A stretch of 64,000 bases of DNA from Selaginella moellendorffii (Eukaryota; Plantae; Lycopodiophyta), in NCBI RefSeq assembly GCF_000143415.4, contig NW_003314319.1, forward strand, positions 1,199,219 through 1,263,218. Reading direction: 5' to 3'. Below the pieces are notes generated by a model. It made no database searches and was not told the origin of the DNA. It saw only the letters and a list, made by a program, of their open reading frames with translations. This document shows, in pieces, positions 12,601 through 26,066 of this stretch. Position 1 is the stretch's first letter, and each line of letters begins with the position of its first letter. A program made the position numbers and the translations under genes.

Positions 12601-15470
12601 GATTATTCTCCTCTAGGCTAGGAGGATAGCTTTGCACATTTTACTATGCCTTAGCAAGTATTCTTAGGGATGAACCTACCCGATAGCCTAGGGAGTGGTT
12701 CCTCAATCTGGGGCATGCTCACCTTATAATCCCACACATCGGGATTAACATTGCTGCTTATGGGCCTTTACATGCCCATCACTAGCCTTGCCAAAATTCA
12801 AGTTTTGGCTCTGTCCAATTCGGGTAGACAGTCTTCCCCTGTCTCCACAACCTTGGACATTTGGATAGCACCTACTATCCATCATTTGCTAGGGACTTAG
12901 TCCCTTGGGCTTTATCTATTGCCCTTGCGACACGAAACACCACCTCCTGGTGTTCTAGAGTGTTTGGGTGTCCCAATGATGGCCTCCTGACCATGAGCAT
13001 TCCCGTTTACGACATTGACTTCCAGCATTTTAGACTTTGCTAATCCAACGACCTGCAAGGTCTTAACCTTCGAGGTGCCAACTCGCTAGAATACAACTTC
13101 TTGTATTCAGGTCCTGCTTACAAGGACCATCTTTGCAAGTGTTACTTCGACACTTGATTTGTTCTCTTGGGGCAATCTTTTGCCCCTTAGGACCACTTGT
13201 CCATGTGATGAGACTACCAACTCATCCTCTGAGTACACCCCCAACTCCTTGGGTTGTTCCAACATTTACTAGAGGTAGCCCTGGCTACCACTTCAAGGAC
13301 TCATGTCCTCGCCCATGCTTGACCTCTCACGGTCATCCATTCCGGTCTCACCTTCATGAGCACCAGCCTCGACTATGTGAGGATAATCTTGTGACTCCTT
13401 TATTATTTTGGAGTCTCTATCTTCCCCGTGATCCCGACTATAGTTGTTTACCACAACTACCTTAGCCAATTGGATGAGCCAAATGCTCATCCGGATCACA
13501 TCCTCAACTCAATGAGAAAAGCCTTGCACTGTTCCCAAGATCCCAAAGTCGTTCCATTATTGGCCCTTTTCTATCCACCACCTCATCTACAAGTTCACAC
13601 ATGAACTGTAATGGAGAGCCATGTCTTCCCGACTTGCTACTCCTCAAGGATAGGCCCACTCCTCGGACCTTCCGATGCCAACACTAGTGGTGATATACTT
13701 GAGCACCAATAAAAGTCAGACTAAGGAACAGCTCCGATACCAAGTTGTAAGCGACTAATTTTTCCATTTTACTTTAGTCACTTAACCGCACCTCCGACCC
13801 CTTGGAGGAGTCTCATTCACAACCTCCATAAGTCCCAGTTAGGACTTGGGGTATGCTAGCCCCAAGAATGGCATCTCTGCCACTCAACCTTTGCACTTGG
13901 TCCAAGTGCTCCACGTGTCTGATCCCATGACCGACACCCCAAGGTACCACCGACATATCGGCCCATTACGCTAAGGCCATGTCCATTCACCTTGGTCACA
14001 TTGGTGGTCCAACACCACCTGCATTCCAAACCCGTCTCTCAAAGACTGGGTCATCCGTCCATGAGGGATCATCCTAGATCCACTCCTTAACGTCCTTAGG
14101 ATGCCTACAGACATGGGGAATAGCCTTCCCCAATATCTCTGTTCCGGTCCCCACCAAGTCCCTTTTTGTCCTTGGTTGTGTTCGCCAATACTGCCACTGG
14201 ATCAAGGCCCACCGGCCCGACCACTAAGTCCCACTATCCTCTAGGACTTCCTCACTGTGTGACTATGTCCTTGGTCACCCCACCAGAGGGCTACCCCTCT
14301 TCCTTTCCACAGTCTGGGACTTTGGGACACCATTTTGGAACACCGTGGCCCTACGCGGGCCTCATGGGTACTCTCCTCGCCTTCCGCCTTTAGGTGCTCT
14401 AGCCATGGGCTTAGAGCGAGGTTCCATTGAGCCACGACAGGTATCCAAGTAGGTAGTGCCACCCACACTTGGACTGGGAGCATCGGCCAGTCGATCTCCC
14501 GGGGGAACTAGAGCCGGCTCTTGAACACTTCACCAAGCTACCCCGCTTGTCGGCTTGTGTTCACTCTAGTCTTGGACTTCCCAGTGGGCAGCTCATCACC
14601 CAACACTGGGTCCGGCCTTCCTGGGCTAAACTGGCCTTTCCTGGCCAAACTGGCTCCACTGCAGTCCTCCCCCTTACTATACTTTTGGAGCTCACCAAAC
14701 CCCCCAGGGTCTAGGAGACGAACGCTTTGGGCTTTCACCCTCTCAGACTCGAACTCGGACTCGGACTCGGACTCGGACTCGGACTCGGACTCGGACTCGG
14801 ACTCGGGCTCGGGCTCGGTCTCGGCCTCGGTCTTGGTCTCGGTTCCGATCTCGGTCTCGGTCTCGGTCCCGGTCTTGGTCCCGGTCTCGGTATCAACTTC
14901 GGAATCCATCTCGGGTCCATCTCGGACTCCAACTCGGGTCCATCTCGGACTCCATCTCAGGTCCATCTTGGGTCCATCTCGGACTCCATCTCGGGTCAAT
15001 CTCGGGTCCATCTCGGACTCCATCTCGAACTCCATCTCGGGTCCATCTCGGGTCCATCTTGGACTCCATCTTGGGTCCATTTCGGGTCCATCTCGGACTC
15101 CATCTCGGGTCCGTCTCGGACTCAATCTCGGATCCATCTCGGGTCCACCTTGGACTCCACCTCGGACTCCATCTCGGGGTCCTTCTCGGACTCCACTTCA
15201 GACTCCACTTCGGACTCCAACTCGAGTCCATCTCGGACACTTCCACGTGTCATGTGTTAATCCTTTTTGGGTCCCTTTTTGGAGCCTCGCCTATGGCTCG
15301 CTTCGTGCTCATTCCTCAAGCACTTCATTAGGAGTTCCACTCCCGCTCTTGATTTTTCAAGTCAGAGCTTTTGGTCCAAACGTGTTACGCTCATTTGACT
15401 CTCGCTTTGGCCACTAGCACGTGGCGCCCTTTCGGCTCCAGTTTGGGGCCTAGGGATTTTGTGTCTCACA
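8579..15470 (-). mobile_element. Family A LTR element copy A1, non-coding internal region (LARD-like)
   Basis: LTRs 13746-15470 (5') and 8579-10329 (3'). PBS TGGTATCGGAGC (iMet type) at ~13731-13742 on the minus strand. PPT next to 10330. Perfect 5-bp TSD AAGGG at 8574-8578 and 15471-15475. Confidence 0.95.
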
Positions 15471-18115
15471 AAGGGCAAGGACGTGGTCGTGGCCATGACG
15501 TTTGCTGTTGGGCATGTGATGAAGTTGGGCATACCTATTGCCATTGTTGGCATTTTTCGGATTGGCAACCTTCATTTCCTGGGTGGAGACCTTGGCATCA
15601 ACATCCTCCTGTTGGTGTTGTTGTAGTGGAAGGTCTAGACACTGCAATACATCTGGGAAACGAAAAGTTGTGCGAGTAATGGAGGGACCTTGTGCGAATA
15701 TTTTAGTGACCCCTTCATCTTTCTTTCGGGAGTATCATTAAGAGGTTCACTCAGCATCGGTTCATCCAGTGTTTATTTTCCAAACTCGTTTTTATAATAA
15801 AAGGTCTCCTTTAATTCTCTCTATATTGGTTGATACAGATTCGAGTTTATCTTCTATTGCTCAACCTATTGCCACAAGTTGGCGTTTACACTTGCGTCGT
15901 GCGGCATAACCAGTTTTCATTCTTTATGGCAACGGCCGTACATATGCATGTGCACGGGATGAGGCGGACCTGGTTGTGCGTGTTTGTGAGCTTGAGTTGC
16001 AATCCTTGTAGGTGGTGCTGAGTCAAGCTTTTGACCTCATCCTTGGTATGAATTGGTTGCAGCGCAATCATGCCAAATGTGACTTTGAGGCTTCTCCCCC
16101 TTGTTTCATACTTCCTTATGTTTCATCCATTCCTCTCACTTTTGTACCTCTTCGTCCCTTTATTTCTCCTTCTGCTTCCATTACTTTTGTTTCCCCATTA
16201 TTTCCTCCTATATTTCCATCTTGTTCTTCTCTTCCCTTTTCCAGTCCCTTCAACAATCTTTGTGTTGCAGAGGTTGACCAGCTCATAAAGGAGTATTTTA
16301 ATCTCTTTGACTTTGACACATCGTCTAGGGCCAAGATTGCCACATGTCATCCGATTCCAAATGGGGATGCTCGTTTAATCAAGGTTCCTATTCGTTGTCG
16401 GTCACCAAAGAGATCAAGATTTTACGCGCAAATGTTAAGGAAATGTTAGAGAAGTGTGTTATTCGGAAGTCGCAATGTCTTTGGGTATGTGAACCTTATC
16501 TTGTGACAAAGCCTGATGGGAGTATTCGTTTATGCATCGACTATCATTCGTTAAACAAAGTAACGATCCCAGATGTGTACCCTTTTCTTCACACTACTGA
16601 TCTCTTGGATTGTCTAAAGCGAAGTCATTAGTTCACCAAGCTAGATCTTGCTTTTGGGTATTGGCAAGTACCAATGGCCGAAGAAGATATTCCTTAGACT
16701 GCTTTTTGTATACCATTTGGATTGTATGAGTTCTTGGTGATGCCATTTGGTTTGAACAATGCTCCAACAACTTTCCAACCGATGATGGACGAGGTCCTTT
16801 GCGATATGCTGGAGGTGACTGCTAACTTCATTGATGATGTCTTGATCCACTCGGAGGGGACATGGGAGGAGCATGTTCGTGATGTTCGTAAAGTGTTGGA
16901 TTGGCTACGGGACGTTGGTTTAAAGCTGAAGTGGTCAAAGTGCGTGTTTGGTTCCAAGGACACAACTTATCTTGGGTACTATATTTCTTATGAGGGTTTG
17001 CAAATTGATCTTAACAAACTTGTGGCTATTCTAAAGTTCCCTACTCTAAAGTGTGTAAATGATGTGTAGTGCTTCTTGGGCAAGGTGCAGTATCTCAGTC
17101 GCTTTGTGGATCATCTTTTTGATCGCACTGCACCATTGCAAGCGTTGTTGGAGTCATCAACATCATCTTTCATCTGGATTGTCAGCAGGCATTCATGGAT
17201 CTCAAAGAGCTATTGACGACTCCTCCAGTTTTGGCATATCCTGACTATACTCGACCTTTTATTTTGCACGTGGATGCTTTTGACATTGGTGTTAGAGGAG
17301 TGTTGATGCAAGAAAGCTTGAGTGTGCCTTGTCAGTGCCATCCCATTGTGTATATAAGCCATACATTATAACCAGCGGAGATGAACTACTCCACGATAGA
17401 GAAGGAGTGTTTAGCAACACTCTGGGGTTTTGAGAAACTTCAGGCATATCTACATGGTTCTCGGACGTTACTTGAAGGTGACCATACTGCCGTCACTTCA
17501 TTAGTGAAACGGAAGAACTTCGTTAGTTGTACTGCTAGGTGGGTATATGGGACATCATCGTGTAACTGAGAAGCTGCGCAGGTTTTCTATTGGCCGAAGA
17601 TGCGGCGTGATATTATCTAGTATGTGCATAGTTGCATTTGGTGCCAAACTCGTAATATTCCCCCTCGTGTCGTGGAAAGACGGTTGGAGTCAATTACAAT
17701 TTCCCATCCATTTGAGTTGGTGGAATTTGATCTTATGGGACCTTTTCCACGGTCGGTTGCTCGCAATGAGTATGTTATTATTGTTTTTGACTACTCGACT
17801 CGTTGGGTGGAAGTTGGTGCTCTTGCTAGCACCTTTGCAACTGTTGTTGGATACTTCCTCCTCAATCAAGTGGTGTTCCAACATTCTTGTCTAAAGCAGA
17901 TTCTTTCGGATAATGGTTGCACATTTATAGCTGAGGCATTTCATGTTCTGACATCTCAGTTGGGGATATGTCACACTTTCACGAGTGCTTATCATCCATA
18001 ATCAGACGGTTTAGAGGAACGGCTTGTTCGGACATTCAAAAGGATGATTGCAAAGTATATAAACTTTTAGCATTTGGATTGGGATGGTTATTTGCCATCT
18101 CTTCGGTATACATAT
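15471..18115 (+). pseudogene. pol: Element B gag end and pol (protease, RT, RNase H, integrase), degenerate
   Basis: ILVDTDS; DLILGMNWL; VMPFGLNNAPTTFQ; FIDDVLI; NYSTIEKECLA; ILSDNG...TSAYHP. Many stops and frameshifts. Confidence 0.9.
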
Positions 18116-19038
18116 TGTGAGACACAAAATCCCTAGGCCCCAAAGTGGAGCTGGAAGGGTGCCATGTGGTAGTGGCCGAAGCGAGAGCCAAACGAGCGTA
18201 ACACGTTTGGACCAAAAGCTCCGACTTGAAAAGTCAAGAGCGGGAGTGGAACTTCCAACGAAGTGCTCGAGGAATGAGCACGAAGCGAGCAAAAAGCGAG
18301 GCTCCAAAAAGGGACCCATAAAGGACCAACACATGACACGTGGAATTGTCCGAGATGGACTCGAGTTGGAGGCCGAGATGGAGTCCGAGATGGAGTCCGA
18401 GATGGAGTCCAAGATGGAGTCCGAGAAGGAGTCCGAGGTGGACCCGAGATGGACCCAAAATGGAGTCCGAGATGGACCCGAGATGGAGTCCGAGATGGAG
18501 TCCGAGACCGGGACCGAGACCGGGACCGAGATCGAGATCAGGACCGAGGCCGAGACCGAGACCGAGGCCGAGTCTGAGTCCGAGTCTGAGTCCGAGTCCG
18601 AGTCCAAGTTCAAGTCTAAGAGGGTGAAAGCCCAAAGTGTTCGTCTCCCAGACCCTAGGGGATTTGGTGAGCTCCAAAAGTATAATAACGGGGAGGACTG
18701 CAGTGGAGCCAGTTGGGCTAGGAAAGGCCAATTTGTAACAACGTAACACGTTTGGACCAAAAGCTCCGACTTGAAAAGTCAAGAGCGGGAGTGGAACTCC
18801 CAACGAAGTGCTCAAGGAATGAGCACGAAGCGAGCCATAGGCGAGGCTCCAAAAAGGGATCCAAAAAGGACCAACACATGACACGTGGAGGAGTCCGAGA
18901 TGGACCCGAGATGGAGTCCGAGATGGACCCGAGATGGAGTCCGAGATGGACCCGAGATGGAGTCCGAGATAGAGTCCGAGATGGAGTCCGAGATGGACCC
19001 AAGATGGAGTCCGAAGTCCAGACCGAGACCGAGACCGG

Positions 19039-19082
<44 letters not shown>

Positions 19083-22000
19083 TCGGGACTGAGACCGAGT
19101 CCGAGTCCGAGTCCGAGTCCGAGTCCGAGTTCGAGTCTGAGAGGGTGAAAGCCCAAAGCGTTCGTCTCCCAGACCCTGGGGGGTTTGGTGAGCTTCAAAA
19201 GCATAGTAAGGGGGAGGACTGCAGTGGAGCTAGTTTGGCCAGGAAAGGCCAGTTTAGCCCAGGAAGGCCGGACCCAGTGTTGGGTGATGAGCTGCCCACT
19301 GGGAAGTCCAAGACTAGAGTGAACACAAGCCGACAAGCAGGGTAGCTTGGTGAAGTGTTCAAGAGCCGGCTCTAGTTCCCCCGGGAGATCGACTGGCCGA
19401 TGCTCCCAGTCCAAGTGTGGGTGGCACTACCTACTTGGATACCTGTCGTGGCTCAATGGAACCTCGCTCTAAGCCCATGGCTAGAGCACCTAAAGGCGGA
19501 AGGCGAGGAGAGTACCCATGAGGCCCGCGTAGGGCCACGGTGTTCCAAAATGGTGTCCCAAAGTCCCAGACTGTGGAAAGGAAGAGGGGTAGCCCTCTGG
19601 TGGGGTGACCAAGGACATAGTCACACAGTGAGGAAGTCCTAGAGGATAGTGGGACTTAGTGGTCGGGCCGGTGGGCCTTGATCCAGTGGCAGTATTGGCG
19701 AACACAACCAAGGACAAAAAGGGACTTGGTGGGGACCGGAACAGAGATATTGGGGAAGGCTATTCCCCATGTCTGTAGGCATCCTAAGGACGTTAAGGAG
19801 TGGATCTAGGATGATCCCTCATGGACGGATGACCCAGTCTTTGAGAGACGGGATGGGAATGCAGGTGGTGTTGGACCATTGGTGTGACCAAGGTGAATAG
19901 GTATGGCCTTAGCGTAACGGGCCGATATGTCGGTGGTACCTTGGGGTGTCAATCATGGGATCGGACACGTGGAGCATTTAGACCAAGTGCAAAGGTTGAG
20001 TGGCATGGATACCATTCTCGGGGCTAGCAAGCCCCAAGTCCTAATTGGGACTTATGGATGTTGTGAATGAGACTCCTCCAAGTGGTCGGAGGTGTGGTTA
20101 AGTGACTAAAGTAAAATGGAAAAATTAGTCGCTTACAACTTGGTATCGGAGCTGTTCCTTAGTCCGACTTTTATTGGTGCTCAAGTATATCACCACTAGT
20201 GTTGGCATTGGAAGGTCCGAGGAGTGGGCCTATCCTTGAGGAGTAGCAAGTCGGGAAGACATGGCTCTCCATTACAGTTCATGTGTGAACATATAGACGA
20301 GATGGTGGATAGAAAAGGGCCAATAATGGAACGACTTTGGGATCTTGGGAACAGTGCAAGGTTTTCCTCATTGAGTTGAGGATGTGATCTGGATGAGCAT
20401 TTGGCTCAGCCAATTGGCTAAGGTAGTTGTGGTAAACAACTATAGTTGGGATCACGGGGAAGATAGAGACTCCAAAACAATAAAGGAGTCACAAGATTAT
20501 CCTCACATAGTTGAGGCTAGTGCTCATGAAAGTGAGATCAGAATGGATGACCGTGAGAGGTCAAGCATGGGCGAGGACACGAGTCCTTGAAGTGGTAGCC
20601 AAGGCTACCTCTAGTAAATGCTGGAACAACCCAAGGAGTTGGGGGGTGTATTTAGAGATGAGTTGGTATTCTCATCACATGGACAAGTAGTCCTAAGGGG
20701 CAAAGATTGGCCCCAGAAAACAAAATCAAGTGTCAGAGTAACACTTGTGCGAATAGTCCTTGTGAGTAGGACGTGAATGCAAGAAGTGTATTCCAGTGAG
20801 CTAGTGCCTCACAAGTAGGACCTTACGGGTCTGTGAATTAACCAAGTCCAAAACTGCTGGATGACTCAAGTAGAGTCAAGGGATGGTCCTAAAAAAACTG
20901 ATGGAAGCATTTGGACTGAGGTGTGTTGTACTCCACAAAGGATGGGGGGGGATCATAGGATCCAATGATGAGAACAGAGGGTATCTCATCGATGGCAAAA
21001 TGTGCCATGCTAAAGTTATGGGAAAGGTGTTCCCAGAAGAAAACAACTTTGACACAAAGTTGTGTGTGACCTCTATGGTGCAATGCTAACGAATGGTTGG
21101 CATGAGAAAGAGTGGTGTTGGTCTTGGCAAAGACTTAGACACAAAGGGGAAGTGTCATAGAGGTAGGCTCGTGGAGCCGATGGTGTGGAGACACCAAATG
21201 TGCCAAGGTGTGATACCTTGAGGCTATGTTGGTGGGTTCATGAGAACCCCTTGCCAAAGGAATCCCAATGGAAATAGGAATGGCATAGCCTAAGCTGTAG
21301 AGCATGTAGTTGGAGTGTGGTGACCCAGATAATGATGGAGGTGTGAAAGCACCAAACAATGAATTGTAGGACTTGACAACTATGAGGCAACTAAGCAAGA
21401 GGTGCAAGATAATTGGTTAAATGGGTAGAAGGTAGCTACCCAAGACTTTTTAATGGCATAAGGAAGTTAGATATACCCTTACGGGGGATAAATTGCTTAT
21501 GTTGCGATATAGTAAGTCAATGTCATAAATGGGAATGCTCATTGTCAGGAGGCCATCATTGGGACACCCAAACACTCTAGAACACCAGGAGGTGGTGTTT
21601 CGTGTCGCAAGGGCAATAGATAAAGCCCAAGGGACTAAGTCCCTAGTGAATGATGGATAATAGATGCTATCCAAATGTCCAAGGTTGTGGAGACAGAAGA
21701 AGACTGTCTACCCGAATTGGACAAAGCCAAAAAAGGAATTTTGGCAAGGCTAGTGATGGGTATGTAAATGCCCATAAGCAACAATGTAATCCCAGTGTGT
21801 AGGATTATAAGGTGAGCATACCCGGATTGAGGAACCACTCCTTGGGCTATTGGGTAGGTTCATCCCTAAGAATACTTGCTAAGGCATGATAGAAAGTGCA
21901 AAGCTATCCTCCTAGTCTGGAGGAGAATGACCAAAGGAAAGGTGTGAAGCCAAAAGCAAGAAGTAAGGGGATGGAACCGAACCATAGGAATCGAAGGGCA

Positions 22001-23964
22001 TAACCAAGGTTGGTTATGCCAGCTGGGAGTGGAGAATCAAGTGGGGGCTCGAGGGTGTTGCCGCTAGCAACCGTGATGCCATGGAGAGTCTAAAATATGG
22101 AATTGTCCATGTTAGACTATATGGTAATTGGAAAGTTTGCAAAAAGGGGGGCCTTAGCAAACTAAGGGACAGAGTTCCTTCAAGGTTCCCAAAGAGGATT
22201 CTAGGTAGCTTAGTACCTAGAGAGGCCAAGCGTAAATGGTTCAAGGAACGCGCGAAATTAGAGTGGCGCAGTAGAAGCGTGGTCTTGAAGCTTGCCATGA
22301 GGCGAAGCTATCAAGGTTGGGGAAGTAGTTCCATGCTCTATTTCGTTAAAGTGGGATTTATTCAGTAAAATGGGACTAGGTACAAATTTTCAAGTATTTG
22401 AAAATGACGTGAAATTATATGTTTCTTGTGCAGGGGCTAGACATATCTGGGGCATGGTGACTAGCGCGGTGACTTTATGTCCAGACTAAGTCCATCTGGT
22501 TGTATAATAAATCTCATTGTCAAGGTGAACAAGCCGAATCTGAAGCTAAAGAAGAGCAATGGCATGCGCGCACACACTATTTGTTTGTTCATTGAGCATG
22601 TGGTGAGCTTTCCAAGATGAACGTCATTCCTATTAGCCAAACATATAACTTAATGGTGAGAACATTTAGATATTATTCAATGTTATCTTTTTCTAACGAA
22701 TCTAATTGTGAAGGTATAGCAAGAGGCATTGCTAGTCTGGAGAAGTCATTTAACTCATTTGACCCTTAGTGTATTTTCATGAAACTAAATAACATTCATA
22801 TTATTAAGGAATTTCTCTAGTACCTTTTTTTTACGACATAGAGGCTTGCATTTCTTTCAAAGGTGATTTAGTAAAAGGCCTGAGGGCACATGCCATTCTA
22901 TTTCTCAGATCGGTATTAAGATATACTAGTGCAAAGGGAAAAAGGTATTTGGTGATCAAGTAAATGGCATGAGGGCACACGCCATTATAAGCCTAAGCGC
23001 TAGTGGACACCTCCTTTTTGGTACTCTCAGCGGTACTATCATCCTTCTCCGGGTCAGTTGTTTTGCTTTGGATTGTTGTCTCTGACGTTACTAGGGCGTT
23101 CTCGATAGTTGTTAATGTTGCCGTTTGTTTAGAAAAATGATCACCTGGAGTATATTACGGGGAGTTTGGAAGACTTATATATTCTACATCTTCACCTATC
23201 TCCTTCTCCGTCTCCTTTTCTGCCTCACTTACAGATTTTGTGCTTGCCATGAGAACGCTCTTCACCCTAAAATATGGAGTTCGTTGTGTTATAAAAGGAA
23301 ACCAACACACACGCTGCAAGGGAATGATGGTACATAAAGCACGTAAGCCCACAATATGGGTTTATGTGCCATTAATATGGGCCACACGCCATATTATGAG
23401 ATTTATGCACGTGTGATTGGTAAATGCATATGTCACATCATCTTTGTTTTACCTCACACACTATATCAGGCCTAATGAACCATATCATATGTGCGCACAT
23501 GCTATATATATGGAGAAGTATTATGCAAGGATAGAAATTCAATGCATGATTGTGGAGAGCAATGGCATGAAGCCACATGCTAAATAACATTTTAGAGAAA
23601 GAATTAAAATAAAAACATGCAAACAGTACTAAGTGGACCAAGACTTAGAAGTGCACAATTGAATGAGGTATTTCTAATAAATACTTCACTCACCTCATAT
23701 AGGAATGGCTACCACTCTCAAATGGCGTATTGCCTCATGCCATCACCTCGCAATTTATTATAACAATCCGATGAATTCATATTCGGCTTGTTCACCTTGA
23801 ACTTTAAGTAAGATTTGCTAGAACAACTAAGAATTTATACTTGTTATTTGTACCATCTCACCTAGGAATGGCGTAAGGCCACATGCCATCACGCCTCCTC
23901 TGATTCAGATTCGGATTGTTCACCTTGAAATAAAATACATTAGAAAGTTAGAAAAGGAATATTC

Positions 23965-24830
23965 ATGAATCTCACCTTGAACCCGGGTTATGAATGCTCT
24001 TGCTGCATCTCTTGCATGGTCTGGCAAGGTGATGGTGGCACTCTGCTTCCGCATCCAACCATGCACAACATTATCCACCGATATGCTCATGCTGGGATCC
24101 CTTGGATTCAGCACCCATCTCTTTTCTAGGCAATCCTTCGTATATCCGGAACTTGGCTTGAACCACTCCACAGTTACATTGAAGGAGTTAGTTTCCGCGT
24201 CCTCCTCTGCATCAATGATGCAGCGCCCCACCCATATCATTTGTTTTTTATTACTGGGTCTGACAAACACGACCATTCCTTTGCAGACCTGTACTGGATT
24301 GAATGCTGAATCCGGTTTCTTGTTCCTCGGCCCACAATAGTGATCCTCAACATCATTATCTGTCACTGCATTTCCAGAGGACATTGTTCCGCTACTATCT
24401 GGTGCTCTGGGTTCTGGCCAAAAGGACTCTTCCAATTCTTCATATACAACCGGCCCATTTTGGATAGCAGATATAATCTTCTCCCAGTATTTGAGCAAAG
24501 GCTTGCACCTCTGAAAATAGGATTCTCCACCAAACACCAACCCCCTCTTCCAGAAGGCAATATGCTGTCTAATCCCGGCCACTATACTTTCCTGGTCTTT
24601 GAGTCCATCCGGGTGCATCGGCCGTGGGGAACCCTGAGGAATCATAGGTTCCCTAGTTATGGGATCTCTCTTGAAGAGTTCAATGCCGTCCACTGGCAGC
24701 CACACTGTGTCCCATTCTCTCATCTTGTACCTCATCACTGGAGCACCGTCACACATGCTGAAATGAAACTGAAGAGGCTTGGAGTGGCCAATCAGCGTTT
24801 CGGATCCGTCCCTGATGTAGCCTCTTATAC
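23965..24830 (-). pseudogene. C-terminal half of the element C transposase (catalytic core deleted)
   Basis: Near-identical to 61330-62190. Homology ends abruptly at ~24830, before the DNAG/GHTHEDVD motifs. Confidence 0.88.
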
Positions 24831-26040
24831 CATACAAAAATATATACAATTGCAGCAAGGCAAAAGGAATATGGCAATAGGCTAGTAGGGGCCAAAGATG
24901 GCATGAGGCCTCATGCCATCTTGATATACACACAGTTGCAGGCAAGTAAAAACATACATGACAATACGCTAGCCATGAAATTGCAAGGGCCCAAGATGGC
25001 ATGTGGCCTCATGCCATTTCTAAATGTGGTCCTAAGCCATTCCATGGTGAACATACTAGGAAGCACAAGTGCCGAATATCAAGAGGAAGCGGTAGCCACA
25101 CCAAAGACAGTGTCGCTCGCAACACCGCAACTACTCGTAGCGCCGCTCGCAACACCGCAACTGCTCGTAGCGCCGCTCGCACAAACTGCCACTCGCATAA
25201 ACTGCCGCTCGCAATGGCGCTCGCAATGCTACAACCGCTCGTAGACGCATAAACCACAGCCCACAACGCCGCTTACACAAGCAGCGCTCACTGCGCTCAG
25301 CGGAACCAAGAACACGGCGCACAAAAATGATAGACCTAGGAATGATTTTGAGAATTCAAAAATAACACACGCTTGAACGTCACATCAAATCCTCTGACAA
25401 ACCAGATCTTATGATTCCTCTGACAAATTTCAAACTGAGTAGCTTCTAGACTTTGCTGTCGAAGGTTGAACTTTGTTACATCATGTCCTTGCCTCGATCC
25501 AGCTGTGCCATGTCAGTGATTCAAACTTTGCCATGCCATGTCAGCGATCCGCGCCAAGATTATTCGCCGTGTAAAGGAATAATTATGCTGTGTGTGTACG
25601 TCCATTTATGGCAATATAAGGCCACACGCCATTCAAAGAATAATGCTAGTCGAGCATTTTTTGGTGCATTTTTGGGTTCAAAATTGCATGAGCCCACACG
25701 CTATAAAGTTTACCTGTACCAAAAATAGAAACAGCTTTATTTACTTGGGAATTTAAGTGGTTGAGGCATTTTTAAACTTACAAACATATGCCCTACTTAC
25801 ATTCCTTTGGTTGCTTAAAATTCAAAAATATTATAAACCTTTCTTTTTGCATTTTCAATGTTTTCAATTATGGTTTTTGATTTTCGCAGGACCAGCCTAG
25901 TAATCTATTTGCATCCCGTCATGTTTATAGCTAGCTTTCGTTTGTCCCCTTCGCTAGCCTGAGATACATCTGCTCGGCATCTGCCTCTTACAGCATTTGC
26001 CCAGAAAGGGCATCTTTCTTCACGCAGCATTTGCCACATG

Positions 26041-26066
26041 TTTAGGGTTTAGGGTTTAGGGTTTAG
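26041..26066 (+). repeat. Interstitial plant telomere-type repeat (TTTAGGG)3+
   Basis: TTTAGGGTTTAGGGTTTAGGGTTTAG read directly. Confidence 0.85.

Noticed and set aside
26041-26066. True chromosome end
   Set aside because: Only about 3.7 units, embedded inside a transposon.
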